From the NCBI GenBank assembly GCA_017414535.1, contig JAFQMA010000021.1, forward strand, positions 1-53,100: a stretch of DNA of 53,100 bases. The letters run 5' to 3'. The notes beneath the pieces were generated by a model that was given only the letters and a program-made list of their open reading frames with translations, was not told the origin of the DNA and searched no databases. The first letter of the stretch is position 1; each line of letters starts with the position of its first letter. Of the stretch, positions 19,634 to 29,831 are shown one piece after another. Source of the stretch: Clostridia bacterium. GTDB taxonomy: Bacteria > Bacillota > Clostridia > Oscillospirales > SIG627. Position numbers and translations under genes: made by a program.

Positions 19634-22600
19634 ATGGAAAAGACCGATTTCGTTCACCTTCATCTGCATACGGAATACTCTCTTCTGGACGGTGCGTGTC
19701 GCATCGACCGTGTCTTCCGTCGCGCAAAGGAATTGGGACAGACCTCTCTTGCCATGACCGATCACGGCGTCATGTACGGCGCGGTTGCCTTTTATAACGC
19801 CGCAAAGGCCGAAGGGATCCATCCCATTATCGGCTGTGAGGTATACGTTTCTCCGAGGGAGATGACGAGCAAGGATCCAAACGCCGACCGGGAGTATTAC
19901 CACCTCGTTCTGCTTTGCGAGAATAACACAGGCTATCAAAACCTGATCCGTATGGTCTCCCTTTCCTTTACCGAGGGCTTTTATCAGAAGCCGAGGGTGG
20001 ATCTGGCTCTTTTGAAAAAGCATCAGGAGGGGCTGATTGCCCTCAGCGCCTGTCTTGCGGGAAAGATCCCGAGGCTGATCCTGGCAGGCGATATAGCAGG
20101 AGCCGAGGCACACGCGCTGGAGCTGCAAGGTATTTTCGGCAAGGGCAATTTCTATCTTGAGATGCAGGATCACGGCATTCCCGATCAGTTGAAGGTGAAT
20201 GCCGCCATCAGACAGATCGCAAAAAAAACGGGCATCGGACTTGTGGCCACCAACGACGTGCATTACGTCACGAAGGACGATTCCAAAAGTCACGACGCAC
20301 TGCTTTGCATTCAAACGGGTAAGACCCTGGCAGATGCGGATCGCATGCGCTTTGAGACGGAGGAATTTTATTTAAAAAGCGGCCGGGAGATGGCTCTCCT
20401 CTTTCCTCACGATCCCGAGGCGCTGGAAAACACCGTACGCATAGCCGAGCGCTGCCGCATGGAATTTGACTTTACCTCCGCGCACCTGCCCCATTTTAAA
20501 AACGATCTGGGGCTGGAAAGTCCTGCGTATCTGCGCAAGGCCGCCTACGAGGGACTGGAGAAGCGCATTGCCGAAAACGGCATCACGGATCGCGAAAACT
20601 ACGAAAAGAGGCTTGACTACGAGCTGGGAATCGTTGAGAGCATGGGCTTCTGCGATTATTTTCTCATTGTAAGCGATTTCGTATCCTTTGCCAAAAGAAG
20701 CGGTATTTACGTAGGTCCGGGCCGTGGTAGCGGTGCGGGCAGTCTTGCGGCATGGTGCCTTGACATTACGGAGCTTGATCCCATTCGCTACGGCCTCATC
20801 TTCGAGCGCTTTCTCAATCCGGAGCGCGTATCCATGCCCGACTTTGATATTGACTTCTGCAAGGAGCGCCGCGGTGAGGTGATCGCATACGTTGCGGAGA
20901 AATACGGTGCGGAGCACGTAGCGCAGATCGTGACCTTCAGCACCATGGCCGCCCGCGCTGTAGTGCGCGACGTGGGACGCGTTATGGGACTGCCTTACGC
21001 AGAGGTAGATAAGATCACAAAGCTCATTCCCCGCTTTTTGGACATAACGCTGGAAAAGGCCCTGCAGGATGACAATGTCCTGCGGGACATGTGCGCCCAA
21101 AGTCCTGCCAAGGAGCTGATGGAAACGGCCATGGCCTTGGAGGGCATGCCCCGAAACGCCTCCATTCACGCGGCAGGCGTGGTGCTGACGGACAGGCCTG
21201 TGGACGATTACGTGCCCTTGGCGGTAAACACGGGTGTCAAAGTGACTCAATACACCATGAACGAGATCGCCGATCTGGGCCTTTTGAAGATCGATTTTCT
21301 CGGACTTCGCTATTTGACCATTTTACGCGATGCCGTGGAGCAGGTAAAAAAGAAGCTCCCCGATTTTGATATTCACAATATTCCGGAGGATGACCGGGAG
21401 ACCTTCCGCATGATCTCACGGGGTGACACGGCGGGCATTTTCCAGATCGAATCCTCCGGTATGCGCGGACTGATGCTGCAAATGAAGCCGCGTAGCATTG
21501 AGGATATTACTGCGGGCATCGCCCTGTTCCGCCCCGGCCCCATGGACTCCATTCCCCGCTTTTTGGAATGCCGCGACAAGGGCACCGTAGAGCGGGAAAC
21601 TCCCGCCCTCACCGAGATCCTGCGGAACACGGCGGGATGCATCGTTTATCAGGAACAGGTCATGGAGATCTTTCGCTCGCTGGCAGGCTACTCCTTCGGA
21701 CGGGCAGACATCGTGCGCCGCGCCATGAGCAAGAAAAAGCAGGACGTGATGGATCGGGAGCGCACGGTCTTCCTTTACGGAGCCAAGGGCAAGGACGGTA
21801 CCGTGGAATGTGAGGGAGCCGTAGCGCGGGGGCTTTCTCCCGAGGTTGCAAACAAGATCTTTGACGAGATGGCGGATTTTGCCAAGTATGCCTTTAACAA
21901 ATCTCACGCCGCCGCTTACGCTCTCTTAAGCTATCGCACGGCTTATTTAAAATGCAAATTTCCCAAGGAATACATGGCGGCCATTCTGACCAGCCAGCTG
22001 GACAGTGATAAATACGCCTACTACTTCTCCGAATGTCAGAAAATGGGCATTGCCATTCTTCCGCCCGACGTCAACGAAAGCGAATTATCCTTCTCGGTTC
22101 GCGGCAACGATCTGCGCTTTGGCCTTGTGGGCATCAAAAACGTAGGTGAGGGGCTCATCCATCACATCTTTGAGGAGAGACGGAAGGAACGATTCACTTC
22201 TCTAAAGGACTTTATCGTTCGTCTGCGCCCCCATGGGCTGAATCGCAAGGCGGTAGAAAGCTTGATCCTTGCAGGTGCCATGGATTGCTTCGGCGTTTAT
22301 CGCGCGCGTCTCTGCGCCGCGGCGGAGCAACTGCTTGCAGAGGCAGGGCTCGCTCAACGAACCACCATGCCCGGGCAAATGAGTCTCTTTGACGCCCCCG
22401 GCGCCATTGCGGCACCGCAGGAAGAGGAAGACTATCCCGATCTACCGGAATTCTCCCTCATGGAAAAGCTTCGTGCCGAGAAGGCGGTATGCGGCGTGTA
22501 TCTGTCGGGGCATCCCTTGGCCGATAAGCGGGAAACGGCGGAACGGCTCGGTGCCGTAGAGCTTCTTCACCTGCAGACGGAGAGTGAGAGATTTTCGGAG

Positions 22601-23140
22601 GGAGATGCAGTAACTCTGCTTTGTCTCGTTTCAAATCTTACCCTAAAGCAGATCCGAAACGGCAGTAAAATGGCCTTTTTACAGTGTGAAGATACCACGG
22701 GCACCTGCGAGGTCATCGTCTTCCCTAAGGTACTGGAGCGCTATCGCACCGTGCTGGGAGAGGGACAGATCCTTTGTATCAAGGGACAGGTAAGCCTGAA
22801 GGACGAGGACGTCAAGATCCTGGCGCAGGCAATTTTGACCTACGAGGAAGCATTAAAAGCCGTCCCCGATGTAAAAACTGTGGGTAAAGAATCGAAAAAA
22901 AGCCCGAATTTACAAAGCGTTTCCAAAATTTTCTTGCGTTTGGAGAAAAAAGGGAGTAAAATAGAGAGTAGAGCCATCGCACTTTTAAAGATCTTTCCCG
23001 GAAGCGTTCCCGTTTTCTTTTATTACAAGGATACGGAAAAGCTCTTCCGCGCAGAGGGTCTTTCCGCCACCCTGTCCCCTGCGGTCTACAAAGAGCTTTG
23101 CGACCTTTTAGGGCAAGAAAACGTGGGGCTAAAGGAATAA
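19634..23140 (+). CDS. dnaE: DNA polymerase III alpha subunit
   Basis: FVHLHLHTEYSLLDG PHP domain, GPGRGSGAGS, SMPDFDIDF, YAFNKSHAAAY, OB fold. Confidence 0.98.
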   Translation: MEKTDFVHLHLHTEYSLLDGACRIDRVFRRAKELGQTSLAMTDHGVMYGAVAFYNAAKAEGIHPIIGCEVYVSPREMTSKDPNADREYYHLVLLCENNTGYQNLIRMVSLSFTEGFYQKPRVDLALLKKHQEGLIALSACLAGKIPRLILAGDIAGAEAHALELQGIFGKGNFYLEMQDHGIPDQLKVNAAIRQIAKKTGIGLVATNDVHYVTKDDSKSHDALLCIQTGKTLADADRMRFETEEFYLKSGREMALLFPHDPEALENTVRIAERCRMEFDFTSAHLPHFKNDLGLESPAYLRKAAYEGLEKRIAENGITDRENYEKRLDYELGIVESMGFCDYFLIVSDFVSFAKRSGIYVGPGRGSGAGSLAAWCLDITELDPIRYGLIFERFLNPERVSMPDFDIDFCKERRGEVIAYVAEKYGAEHVAQIVTFSTMAARAVVRDVGRVMGLPYAEVDKITKLIPRFLDITLEKALQDDNVLRDMCAQSPAKELMETAMALEGMPRNASIHAAGVVLTDRPVDDYVPLAVNTGVKVTQYTMNEIADLGLLKIDFLGLRYLTILRDAVEQVKKKLPDFDIHNIPEDDRETFRMISRGDTAGIFQIESSGMRGLMLQMKPRSIEDITAGIALFRPGPMDSIPRFLECRDKGTVERETPALTEILRNTAGCIVYQEQVMEIFRSLAGYSFGRADIVRRAMSKKKQDVMDRERTVFLYGAKGKDGTVECEGAVARGLSPEVANKIFDEMADFAKYAFNKSHAAAYALLSYRTAYLKCKFPKEYMAAILTSQLDSDKYAYYFSECQKMGIAILPPDVNESELSFSVRGNDLRFGLVGIKNVGEGLIHHIFEERRKERFTSLKDFIVRLRPHGLNRKAVESLILAGAMDCFGVYRARLCAAAEQLLAEAGLAQRTTMPGQMSLFDAPGAIAAPQEEEDYPDLPEFSLMEKLRAEKAVCGVYLSGHPLADKRETAERLGAVELLHLQTESERFSEGDAVTLLCLVSNLTLKQIRNGSKMAFLQCEDTTGTCEVIVFPKVLERYRTVLGEGQILCIKGQVSLKDEDVKILAQAILTYEEALKAVPDVKTVGKESKKSPNLQSVSKIFLRLEKKGSKIESRAIALLKIFPGSVPVFFYYKDTEKLFRAEGLSATLSPAVYKELCDLLGQENVGLKE

Positions 23141-23174
23141 TACAGTTTTTCCACACCGATTTTAAGGAGAAAAG

Positions 23175-25763
23175 ATGGAACAAAACGAAAAGAAAAAAAC
23201 GCCTCCGACCGCCGTTGAAAAGCCTGCGCAGAAAAAGGCTCCTGCGGTAAAGTCGGCTAAGAGCGCAAATCAGAAGAAGGAGCTGCCTGCCGACAAAAAA
23301 TCGGGCGGTGCGGGTGAAACCCTGGCTCACGTCGGTCTGACCTTGGGAAAATCCGCAGGCAAGATCGCCACTTGGGCACTGAATATTCTTCTGACCCTTC
23401 TTTTGATCGGCATCATCACGGGCTCTGCCATGGCCTGTGCGCTGGTCGTCTATATCAAAAACTACGTAGATCCGATTTATGATATCGAGCATTTGAAATA
23501 TGACTCCAGCCTGACCACCACGCTTTACTATGAGACCACCGCCGCCGACGGCACAAGCACCTGGGTCGAGTGGGAGGACGAGCGCATCCACGGCACGGAA
23601 AACCGTATGTGGGTATCCTACGAGGAAATGCCCGAGGATCTGATCAATGCCTTCGTCTCCATTGAGGATAAGCGTTTTTTCACCCACAAGGGTATTGATA
23701 TTCGCCGTACCACAGGTGCCGTTCTCGGCTTTTTAAGCGGCAACGATTCCTACGGCGGCTCCACCATCACCCAGCAGCTGATCAAAAACGTAACGGGTGA
23801 GGATGACGTGACCATTCAACGTAAGATTCAGGAGATCCTGCGTGCCATGAATCTGGAGAGCAAGCGAAGCAAGGCAGAGATCCTTGAAATGTATCTCAAT
23901 ACCATCTACCTTGCCAAGGGCTGCTACGGCGTTTCCGCCGCGGCACACGAATATTTCGGAAAGTCCGTTTCGGAATTGACGCTGGTAGAATGCGCCTCCC
24001 TCGCCTCCATTCCCCAGAACCCCACCAAGTGGAACCCCGTGTCCAACCCCGAGCTGAATGCGGAACGGCGCTGGACGGTGCTGGAGGAGATGTATAAGAA
24101 CACGGATATCGATAAGACCTACACCTTAGAGGAGATCCGTGCGGCGCAGGAGGAGGAGCTCGTTTTGGTACAAGGCTCCGGCGACGTCAGCGAGGGCGCG
24201 GTCCACAGCTGGTTCGTGGACACGCTCATTTACGACGTCATAGAGGATCTGCAGGCCACCTACAACTACGACGAGCAGACCGCAAAGAACCTGCTTTACA
24301 GCGGCGGTCTTGCCATTTATACCACCATCGACCGCGACATTCAGGCAAAGCTTGACGCCGTTTATGCGGACAACACCCTCTTCCCCTCTCACGGTACTGG
24401 CGTACAGGTGGAATCCGCCATGACCATTATCGATCAATCCAACGGCGAGATCGTCGCCATCGTGGGCGGACGCGGAGCAAAGGATACGCCCTTGGGCTTC
24501 AACCGTGCCACACAAGCCAAGCGACAACCCGGTTCCTCCATTAAGCCACTGAGTGCCTATGCGCAGGCCATTGAGAAGGGCCTGATCAATTATTCCAGCG
24601 TATTGGACGACTCACCCTTCCGCACGAACGTGGAAGAGCAGAGCACCTGGCCCAACAACTGGAACAACATTTACGACGGTCTTACTGCAGTCACCTACGC
24701 CGTGCGCGATTCCAAGAACACCATTGCCGTAAAGGTGGTGGATCTTCTGGGAACCAGAACCGTTTACGACTTCCTGACACAGAAATTCCGCCTTTCCACC
24801 TTGGTCGCATCCGACATGGACTATGCGCCTTTGGCTCTGGGCGGTTTTACCGAGGGCGTGAACACCCGCGACATGGCAGCGGCCTACGCCTCCATTGCCA
24901 ACAACGGCGTTTACAATAAGCCCAAGACCTATACCAAGGTTTACGATTCTACGGGTGCCGTTCTGCTGGATAGCACCAACGCCACTCAGGAGGTCATTCT
25001 CAGCGAGGATACCTGCGCCGTCATGACCAAGCTCCTGCAGGAGGTCGTAACCTCCGGTACCGGTACCGCCGTCACTCTCCGCCACAAGGTGGACGTGGCC
25101 GGTAAGACCGGTACGACCCAGAACGATAACGACCTTTACTTCTGCGGCTATACCCCCTATTACACGGCGGCCTGCTGGGTGGGCTACGACATTCCCAAGG
25201 CACTGCACAACTTTACCTCCGGCCAGCGCTCCGTAGCTGCCGCCACATACATCTGGAACGAGGTCATGACCCGCATTCACGAGCCCATCGTGGCCGCAGG
25301 AAACGTACAGCGCTTTACGGACGGCTTGACCAAGAACCTGATCACTCGTACCTTCTGTAAGGATTCCGGCCTTCTTGCCGGTCCCTACTGTGCACAGGAT
25401 CCGCGCGGCAACCGCACCGCAACGGGCTTTTACACCTATTCCAACGTGCCCGTAGCGACCTGCGACAAGCATGTGCTCGTGGATTACTGCACCGAAACGA
25501 ACTGCGTAGCAGGTCCCGGATGCAAGAGCACCAAGAAGGTAGCACTGGTAGAGATCACCAGATCCTTCGCTTTGAACGTAGTGGTGGGAGATTCCCAGTA
25601 TACCTATCAGCCCCTGTCTCCCGGAGCAAAGTATTCCAAGAACCTTTACGACTCCTTCTACCTTGGCAATTACGCAGGAACGGGAACCTATCCCGGCTAC
25701 ACCCGCACGGATAGACAGGCCAACGCCTTCTGTGCCAAGCACAATCCGGAGCTTTGCCAGTGA
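23175..25763 (+). CDS. Class A penicillin-binding protein (PBP1A-like)
   Basis: TM anchor; glycosyltransferase motifs EDKRFFTH, GGSTITQQL, RKIQE; transpeptidase SSIK, SKN, KTGT; Cys-rich C-terminal tail. Confidence 0.95.
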   Translation: MEQNEKKKTPPTAVEKPAQKKAPAVKSAKSANQKKELPADKKSGGAGETLAHVGLTLGKSAGKIATWALNILLTLLLIGIITGSAMACALVVYIKNYVDPIYDIEHLKYDSSLTTTLYYETTAADGTSTWVEWEDERIHGTENRMWVSYEEMPEDLINAFVSIEDKRFFTHKGIDIRRTTGAVLGFLSGNDSYGGSTITQQLIKNVTGEDDVTIQRKIQEILRAMNLESKRSKAEILEMYLNTIYLAKGCYGVSAAAHEYFGKSVSELTLVECASLASIPQNPTKWNPVSNPELNAERRWTVLEEMYKNTDIDKTYTLEEIRAAQEEELVLVQGSGDVSEGAVHSWFVDTLIYDVIEDLQATYNYDEQTAKNLLYSGGLAIYTTIDRDIQAKLDAVYADNTLFPSHGTGVQVESAMTIIDQSNGEIVAIVGGRGAKDTPLGFNRATQAKRQPGSSIKPLSAYAQAIEKGLINYSSVLDDSPFRTNVEEQSTWPNNWNNIYDGLTAVTYAVRDSKNTIAVKVVDLLGTRTVYDFLTQKFRLSTLVASDMDYAPLALGGFTEGVNTRDMAAAYASIANNGVYNKPKTYTKVYDSTGAVLLDSTNATQEVILSEDTCAVMTKLLQEVVTSGTGTAVTLRHKVDVAGKTGTTQNDNDLYFCGYTPYYTAACWVGYDIPKALHNFTSGQRSVAAATYIWNEVMTRIHEPIVAAGNVQRFTDGLTKNLITRTFCKDSGLLAGPYCAQDPRGNRTATGFYTYSNVPVATCDKHVLVDYCTETNCVAGPGCKSTKKVALVEITRSFALNVVVGDSQYTYQPLSPGAKYSKNLYDSFYLGNYAGTGTYPGYTRTDRQANAFCAKHNPELCQ

Positions 25764-26218
25764 TGGACGAGCATCAGCGCTTTATGCTGGCCGCACTCCG
25801 TGAGGCCGAAAAGGCCGCCGCGGAGGGGGAGGTTCCCATCGGCTGTGTGATCGTAAAAGACGGAAGGATCATATCCCGCGGAAGAAATGCCCGAGAGAGA
25901 AAAAGGAACGCCCTTCTCCACGCAGAGACGGTGGCCATCGATAAGGCATGCCGAAAGCTGGGCGGCTGGCGCTTGTGGCAATGTGATCTGTACGTTACTT
26001 TGGAGCCCTGCCCCATGTGCACGGGCGCTATCATCAATGCGCGTATTCCGCGCGTATTTATCGGGGCTCACGATCCCAAGGCAGGCGCCATGGGAAGCGT
26101 GGTCGCCCTGCAGGATCTTCCCTTTAACCATAAGCCCGAGGTCACCTTCGGGATCATGGAAGAAGAGTCAAGCGAAATGCTGAAAGGCTTTTTCCGAACT
26201 CTTCGCGCAAAAAAATAA
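25763..26218 (+). CDS. tadA: tRNA adenosine(34) deaminase
   Basis: EVPIGCVIV, HAE, TLEPCPMC, DPKAGA, FF..LR; TGATG overlap with the PBP stop. Confidence 0.92.
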   Translation: MDEHQRFMLAALREAEKAAAEGEVPIGCVIVKDGRIISRGRNARERKRNALLHAETVAIDKACRKLGGWRLWQCDLYVTLEPCPMCTGAIINARIPRVFIGAHDPKAGAMGSVVALQDLPFNHKPEVTFGIMEEESSEMLKGFFRTLRAKK

Positions 26219-26219
26219 A

Positions 26220-26317
26220 CAGAGTAGGATCTTAAGCGTTAAGTGCCCTTGAAACGGGGAGTTGTTCGGGGGACGAAAAGGTGCAATCCTTGCGGTTTAG
26301 GATCCGCATCCCGCTGC
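26220..26317 (+). ncRNA. THF riboswitch aptamer
   Basis: CAGAGUAG..GCGUUAAGUG..CGGGGAGUUG..ACGAA..GCGGU..GCAUCCCGCUG matches the THF consensus; upstream of folT. Confidence 0.93.
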
Positions 26318-26331
26318 CGAAAAAGGAAAAG

Positions 26332-26373
26332 CCTCCTTTTCCGGTAACCCTACGGGGAAACGGGAAAAGGAGG
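26332..26373 (+). promoter_or_regulatory. SD-sequestering hairpin (translational expression platform)
   Basis: CCTCCTTTTCC pairs with GGAAAAGGAGG, which contains the folT SD. Confidence 0.85.
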
Positions 26374-26380
26374 TATTTCT

Positions 26381-26920
26381 ATGAAAAAAAAGGCTAGCAC
26401 ATCCATTCGCACACTCACCTGCTCCGCTCTTTTGGCCGCGGCCAGCATCGTCATCGGAATTTTGTGTAAGAATTACTTGAATTTCGGAAACGGACTGTTT
26501 CGCATCACCTTTGAGAATTTTCCCATTCTTCTGTCGGGCATTCTCTTTGGACCTATGGCAGGAGCGGGCGTTGGAGCGGTGGCGGATATCGTCAGCTATA
26601 TCCTATCTACCCAAAGCTTTGCCATTTCCCCCTTGGTGACTCTCGGGGCGGCGGCAGTGGGCCTCTTCTCGGGCCTTGTTTCTCGCTACGTATTCAAAAA
26701 ATGGAACGGAAAAAAGCTGGTGTTTTCAGCTTTGGCAGGGCATCTGGCAGGCTCCATCCTCATCAAATCCCCTGCCCTGTTCATCTATTACGGCTGGGCG
26801 GTGCTGGTGCGCATTCCTCTGTACGGCGTGATCGCGCTGCTTGAGATCCTTTTGCTTTTGGCATTAAATAAAAAGAAGGTCTTTCACAGAATCATAAATA
26901 TCCGGAGGGAAAATCAATGA
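26381..26920 (+). CDS. folT: Folate ECF transporter S component
   Basis: Hydrophobic 179 aa with ALLAAASIV, RITFENFP..GILFGP..G..AD; sits behind a THF riboswitch. Confidence 0.88.
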   Translation: MKKKASTSIRTLTCSALLAAASIVIGILCKNYLNFGNGLFRITFENFPILLSGILFGPMAGAGVGAVADIVSYILSTQSFAISPLVTLGAAAVGLFSGLVSRYVFKKWNGKKLVFSALAGHLAGSILIKSPALFIYYGWAVLVRIPLYGVIALLEILLLLALNKKKVFHRIINIRRENQ

Positions 26921-28197
26921 ACTATAAGGAAGCCATTGAATACATTCATTCTAATTTTTGGATGGGCTCAAAGCCCGGCTTGTCACGTACGAAGGATCTT
27001 TTGAAGCGTATGGGCAACCCCCAAAACAAACTGAAATTCATTCACGTGGCAGGAACCAACGGCAAGGGATCCTTCTGTGCCATGATGAGCTCGATCCTCA
27101 TCCGTGCCGGCCTGGAGGTGGGCACCTACACCTCTCCTTATGTCCTGCGCTTTAACGAACGCATGAGGGTAAACGGCCGGGATATCCCCGACGAGACGCT
27201 TTGCGAGCTGCTGGAAGAGATCCGTCCCCACGTGGAGGCAATGGAAGAGAAGCCCACGGAATTTGAGCTGATCACAGCCATTGCCATGGAATTCTTCCGC
27301 AGAGAAAAATGCAACGTGGTAGTGCTGGAATGCGGCATGGGCGGCAGGCTGGACTCTACCAACGTGATCAAAACGCCCATATTATCCGTCATTACGGGAA
27401 TTGCGAAGGATCATACTGCTTTTTTGGGCGACACCTTAAAAAAGATCGCCGCGGAGAAGGCAGGCATCATCAAGCACGGCGTGCCGGTCCTCTGCTGTGA
27501 CGAAAATGACGAGGTGCGTGCCGTTATAGAGAAAAAGGCCAAGGAAAAGGATGCGCCCCTGTTCTTTTCCGATCACAAGAAATTGGCTGACGAGGAGTTT
27601 TCTCTCCAGGGCACGAAATTCTCTTACGGTGATAAAAAGGATCTGTATATCCCGCTTTTGGGCGTTTTTCAGCCAAAAAACGCTGCAAACGTGCTGTGCT
27701 CCGTAGAGCTGCTGAAAGAAGCAGGGCTTGAAATCTCCGACGAGGCTATCCGTGTGGGTCTTAAGGAAAGCCGCTGGCCCGCACGCTTTGAATTGGTAAG
27801 ATCCAAACCAATCATTCTTTGCGACGGCGCCCATAACGTAGAGGGTGTGGAGGCGGCCGTAGAAAGCGTGAAGCGCTATTTCGGCGAAGAAAAGCTACAC
27901 GTCGTCATGGGCTGCATGAGCGACAAGGAGTTCCGTCTCATGGCCGAAAGGATCGTTCCCATTGCACGCGACGTTTTCTGTCTGAGCCCTCAATCTCTCC
28001 GTTCTCTGCCTTCCAAGGAGCTTGCAGAGGTCTTCAAGGAGCTCTCCCTTCCCGCCTTTGCCTTTAAGAGCACGAAGGCAGCCTTGGCGGCGGCCTTGGC
28101 GGCGGCAAGACAATACGGCGGTGCGGTGATCTGCCTCGGCTCTCTTTATATGTATGAGGAGATCTACCACGCCATCAATACGCTTCTGCCCCAATAA
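26917..28197 (+). CDS. folC: Folylpolyglutamate synthase / dihydrofolate synthase
   Basis: IHVAGTNGKGS, YTSP, ECGMGGRLDSTNV, WPARFE, DGAHN, GSLY. Confidence 0.95.
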   Translation: MNYKEAIEYIHSNFWMGSKPGLSRTKDLLKRMGNPQNKLKFIHVAGTNGKGSFCAMMSSILIRAGLEVGTYTSPYVLRFNERMRVNGRDIPDETLCELLEEIRPHVEAMEEKPTEFELITAIAMEFFRREKCNVVVLECGMGGRLDSTNVIKTPILSVITGIAKDHTAFLGDTLKKIAAEKAGIIKHGVPVLCCDENDEVRAVIEKKAKEKDAPLFFSDHKKLADEEFSLQGTKFSYGDKKDLYIPLLGVFQPKNAANVLCSVELLKEAGLEISDEAIRVGLKESRWPARFELVRSKPIILCDGAHNVEGVEAAVESVKRYFGEEKLHVVMGCMSDKEFRLMAERIVPIARDVFCLSPQSLRSLPSKELAEVFKELSLPAFAFKSTKAALAAALAAARQYGGAVICLGSLYMYEEIYHAINTLLPQ

Positions 28198-28221
28198 GCA
28201 AAACATTTCCGAGATAAAATA

Positions 28222-28259
28222 AACCCCGACAGGCTCGTCTCTGTCGGGGTTATTGTTTT
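28222..28259. terminator. Intrinsic terminator after folC (usable on both strands)
   Basis: AACCCCGACAG-8 nt-CTGTCGGGGTT with A/T-rich flanks. Confidence 0.78.
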
Positions 28260-28350
28260 ACGGATATTTACCGATGCTCACCGATGAGCTTATTATTCGA
28301 GATAGTACAAAAAATCATAGTAAGTATAAAGCTTTGCAGTTGTGCTTTTT

Positions 28351-28770
28351 TCATTTTTTAAATTCCTTTTGAAAGCTGTGGCCGCATTTATTACAGCGGA
28401 TATTGAAGCGGCCGACCTTGCGGGGCATACGAATGGGTGCCTTGCAGTTAGGACACTTGAAAAAGTGAAAGTTCTTTCCGTCGCGACGGCGGATCATGAA
28501 ACGACGAAAGGCACCGCGAATGCCCGAGGTCATACCGTACCAGGCCGCGTTTTCCCTTTGACGCTTTACGTAATTGCGGGATAGCATGCGAAAGAATACC
28601 ACAAAACAAAAGACCAGCTCGATCACATAGATCACAAGACTATGGAAAAAGACATTGACAATGGCCAGAAGAAGCCAGATCAGGATCAGACTGCGGTTCA
28701 GAGAATCCGTACCGTAGCGACCCGACATAAAGCGGGCAAGAGCATCGCGCAGACGGGAAAACAAGCTCAT
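28351..28770 (-). CDS. Conserved membrane protein with C-terminal zinc finger
   Basis: FMSGRYGTDSL, two TM helices, CPNC..CNKC. Confidence 0.8.
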   Translation of the reverse strand: MSLFSRLRDALARFMSGRYGTDSLNRSLILIWLLLAIVNVFFHSLVIYVIELVFCFVVFFRMLSRNYVKRQRENAAWYGMTSGIRGAFRRFMIRRRDGKNFHFFKCPNCKAPIRMPRKVGRFNIRCNKCGHSFQKEFKK

Positions 28771-29525
28771 TGACGCCTCCTTCCTCTGCTTCCGAGAACA
28801 ACGGCAAGCAGACGCAAAAATTGAGTAAGAGATACGGCAAGGGACGCCACGTAGGTCATGGCGGCGGCACGCAGAGTCTTTTTGGCACCCACCAATTCCT
28901 CTTCATCCAGAAGCCCCCCCTCCTCCAAAGCCACAACGGCACGGCGGGAGGCGTTAAACTCCACGGGTAGAGTTACAAGCTGGAAGATCACGCAAAGAGA
29001 AAAGGCAATCACACCGAACATGGAAAGCTGAAAGCCAACGGCTGATTCTGCATAGAAGCCAAGGAGAAGTCCGATCAGGATCAAGGGCATAGCAAGACGG
29101 GAGCCGAAATTGGTCACCGGAACCAGGGCGGAGCGAATGCGGATGGGCACATACCCCTCGGCATGCTGAAGCGCATGACCCGCCTCGTGAGCGGCAACTC
29201 CAATGGCGGCACAGGAGGTGGAATCGTAGACTGCATCGGAAAGATAGACGGTACGATCCTTTGGATTAAAGTGATCCGTAAGCCTTCCCGTGGTACGGGC
29301 AATGCGCACGTCGGTAACACCGCCCTGACGGAGCACACGCTCTGCGGCGGCAGCGCCGGTGAGCCCACGACGGGTGGGAAAGGCGGAATAGCGCTTAAAG
29401 GTAGAGGAAACACCTGCCGAAGCGATCATGGCAAAGACCGTGGCCAAAACCACGAAAAAATAGCCGTAGTACTGAAAATGGAAAATCAGCTGATCAAAGG
29501 CGGATGCGGCAATGAATGGAAGCAT
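28767..29525 (-). CDS. Membrane zinc metallopeptidase (YugP / Zn_peptidase_2-like)
   Basis: LTDHFNP, VAAHEAGHALQH, TLPVEFNASRRA, AAAMTYVA. Confidence 0.9.
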   Translation of the reverse strand: MLPFIAASAFDQLIFHFQYYGYFFVVLATVFAMIASAGVSSTFKRYSAFPTRRGLTGAAAAERVLRQGGVTDVRIARTTGRLTDHFNPKDRTVYLSDAVYDSTSCAAIGVAAHEAGHALQHAEGYVPIRIRSALVPVTNFGSRLAMPLILIGLLLGFYAESAVGFQLSMFGVIAFSLCVIFQLVTLPVEFNASRRAVVALEEGGLLDEEELVGAKKTLRAAAMTYVASLAVSLTQFLRLLAVVLGSRGRRRQ

Positions 29526-29534
29526 GGCAACTCC

Positions 29535-29831
29535 TTACTTGGGTAAAACGATGGTGGGGTCTTTCTTTCTTTTTTTGTAAAGTACGAATTTACGGCCGAT
29601 GGCCTGCACCCCTTCACAGCCCAGCATTTCGCAAAGGCTGTCGGATACCTCGCGGGGGGACAGATCGGAATTTTCCAGCACGGTGACCTTAATGAGCTCG
29701 TTCTTTTCCAGTCCCTCGCGGATCTGGGTGATAAAGGCATCATCCTCGAAGCCCATTTTGCCCACCTGATACTTGGCGGGAAGCGAATTGGCAAGGGAGC
29801 GCAGATAGGCTCTTTGTTTTCCTGTAAGCAT
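29535..29831 (-). CDS. yhbY: Ribosome assembly RNA-binding protein (CRM domain)
   Basis: LTGKQRAYLRSLA, QVGK.G, ELIKV, IGRKFVLY. Confidence 0.93.
   Translation of the reverse strand: MLTGKQRAYLRSLANSLPAKYQVGKMGFEDDAFITQIREGLEKNELIKVTVLENSDLSPREVSDSLCEMLGCEGVQAIGRKFVLYKKRKKDPTIVLPK

Noticed and set aside
25330-25763. Cys/His-rich C-terminal tail of PBP1A
   Set aside because: To my knowledge a common feature of clostridial class A PBPs; not considered novel.
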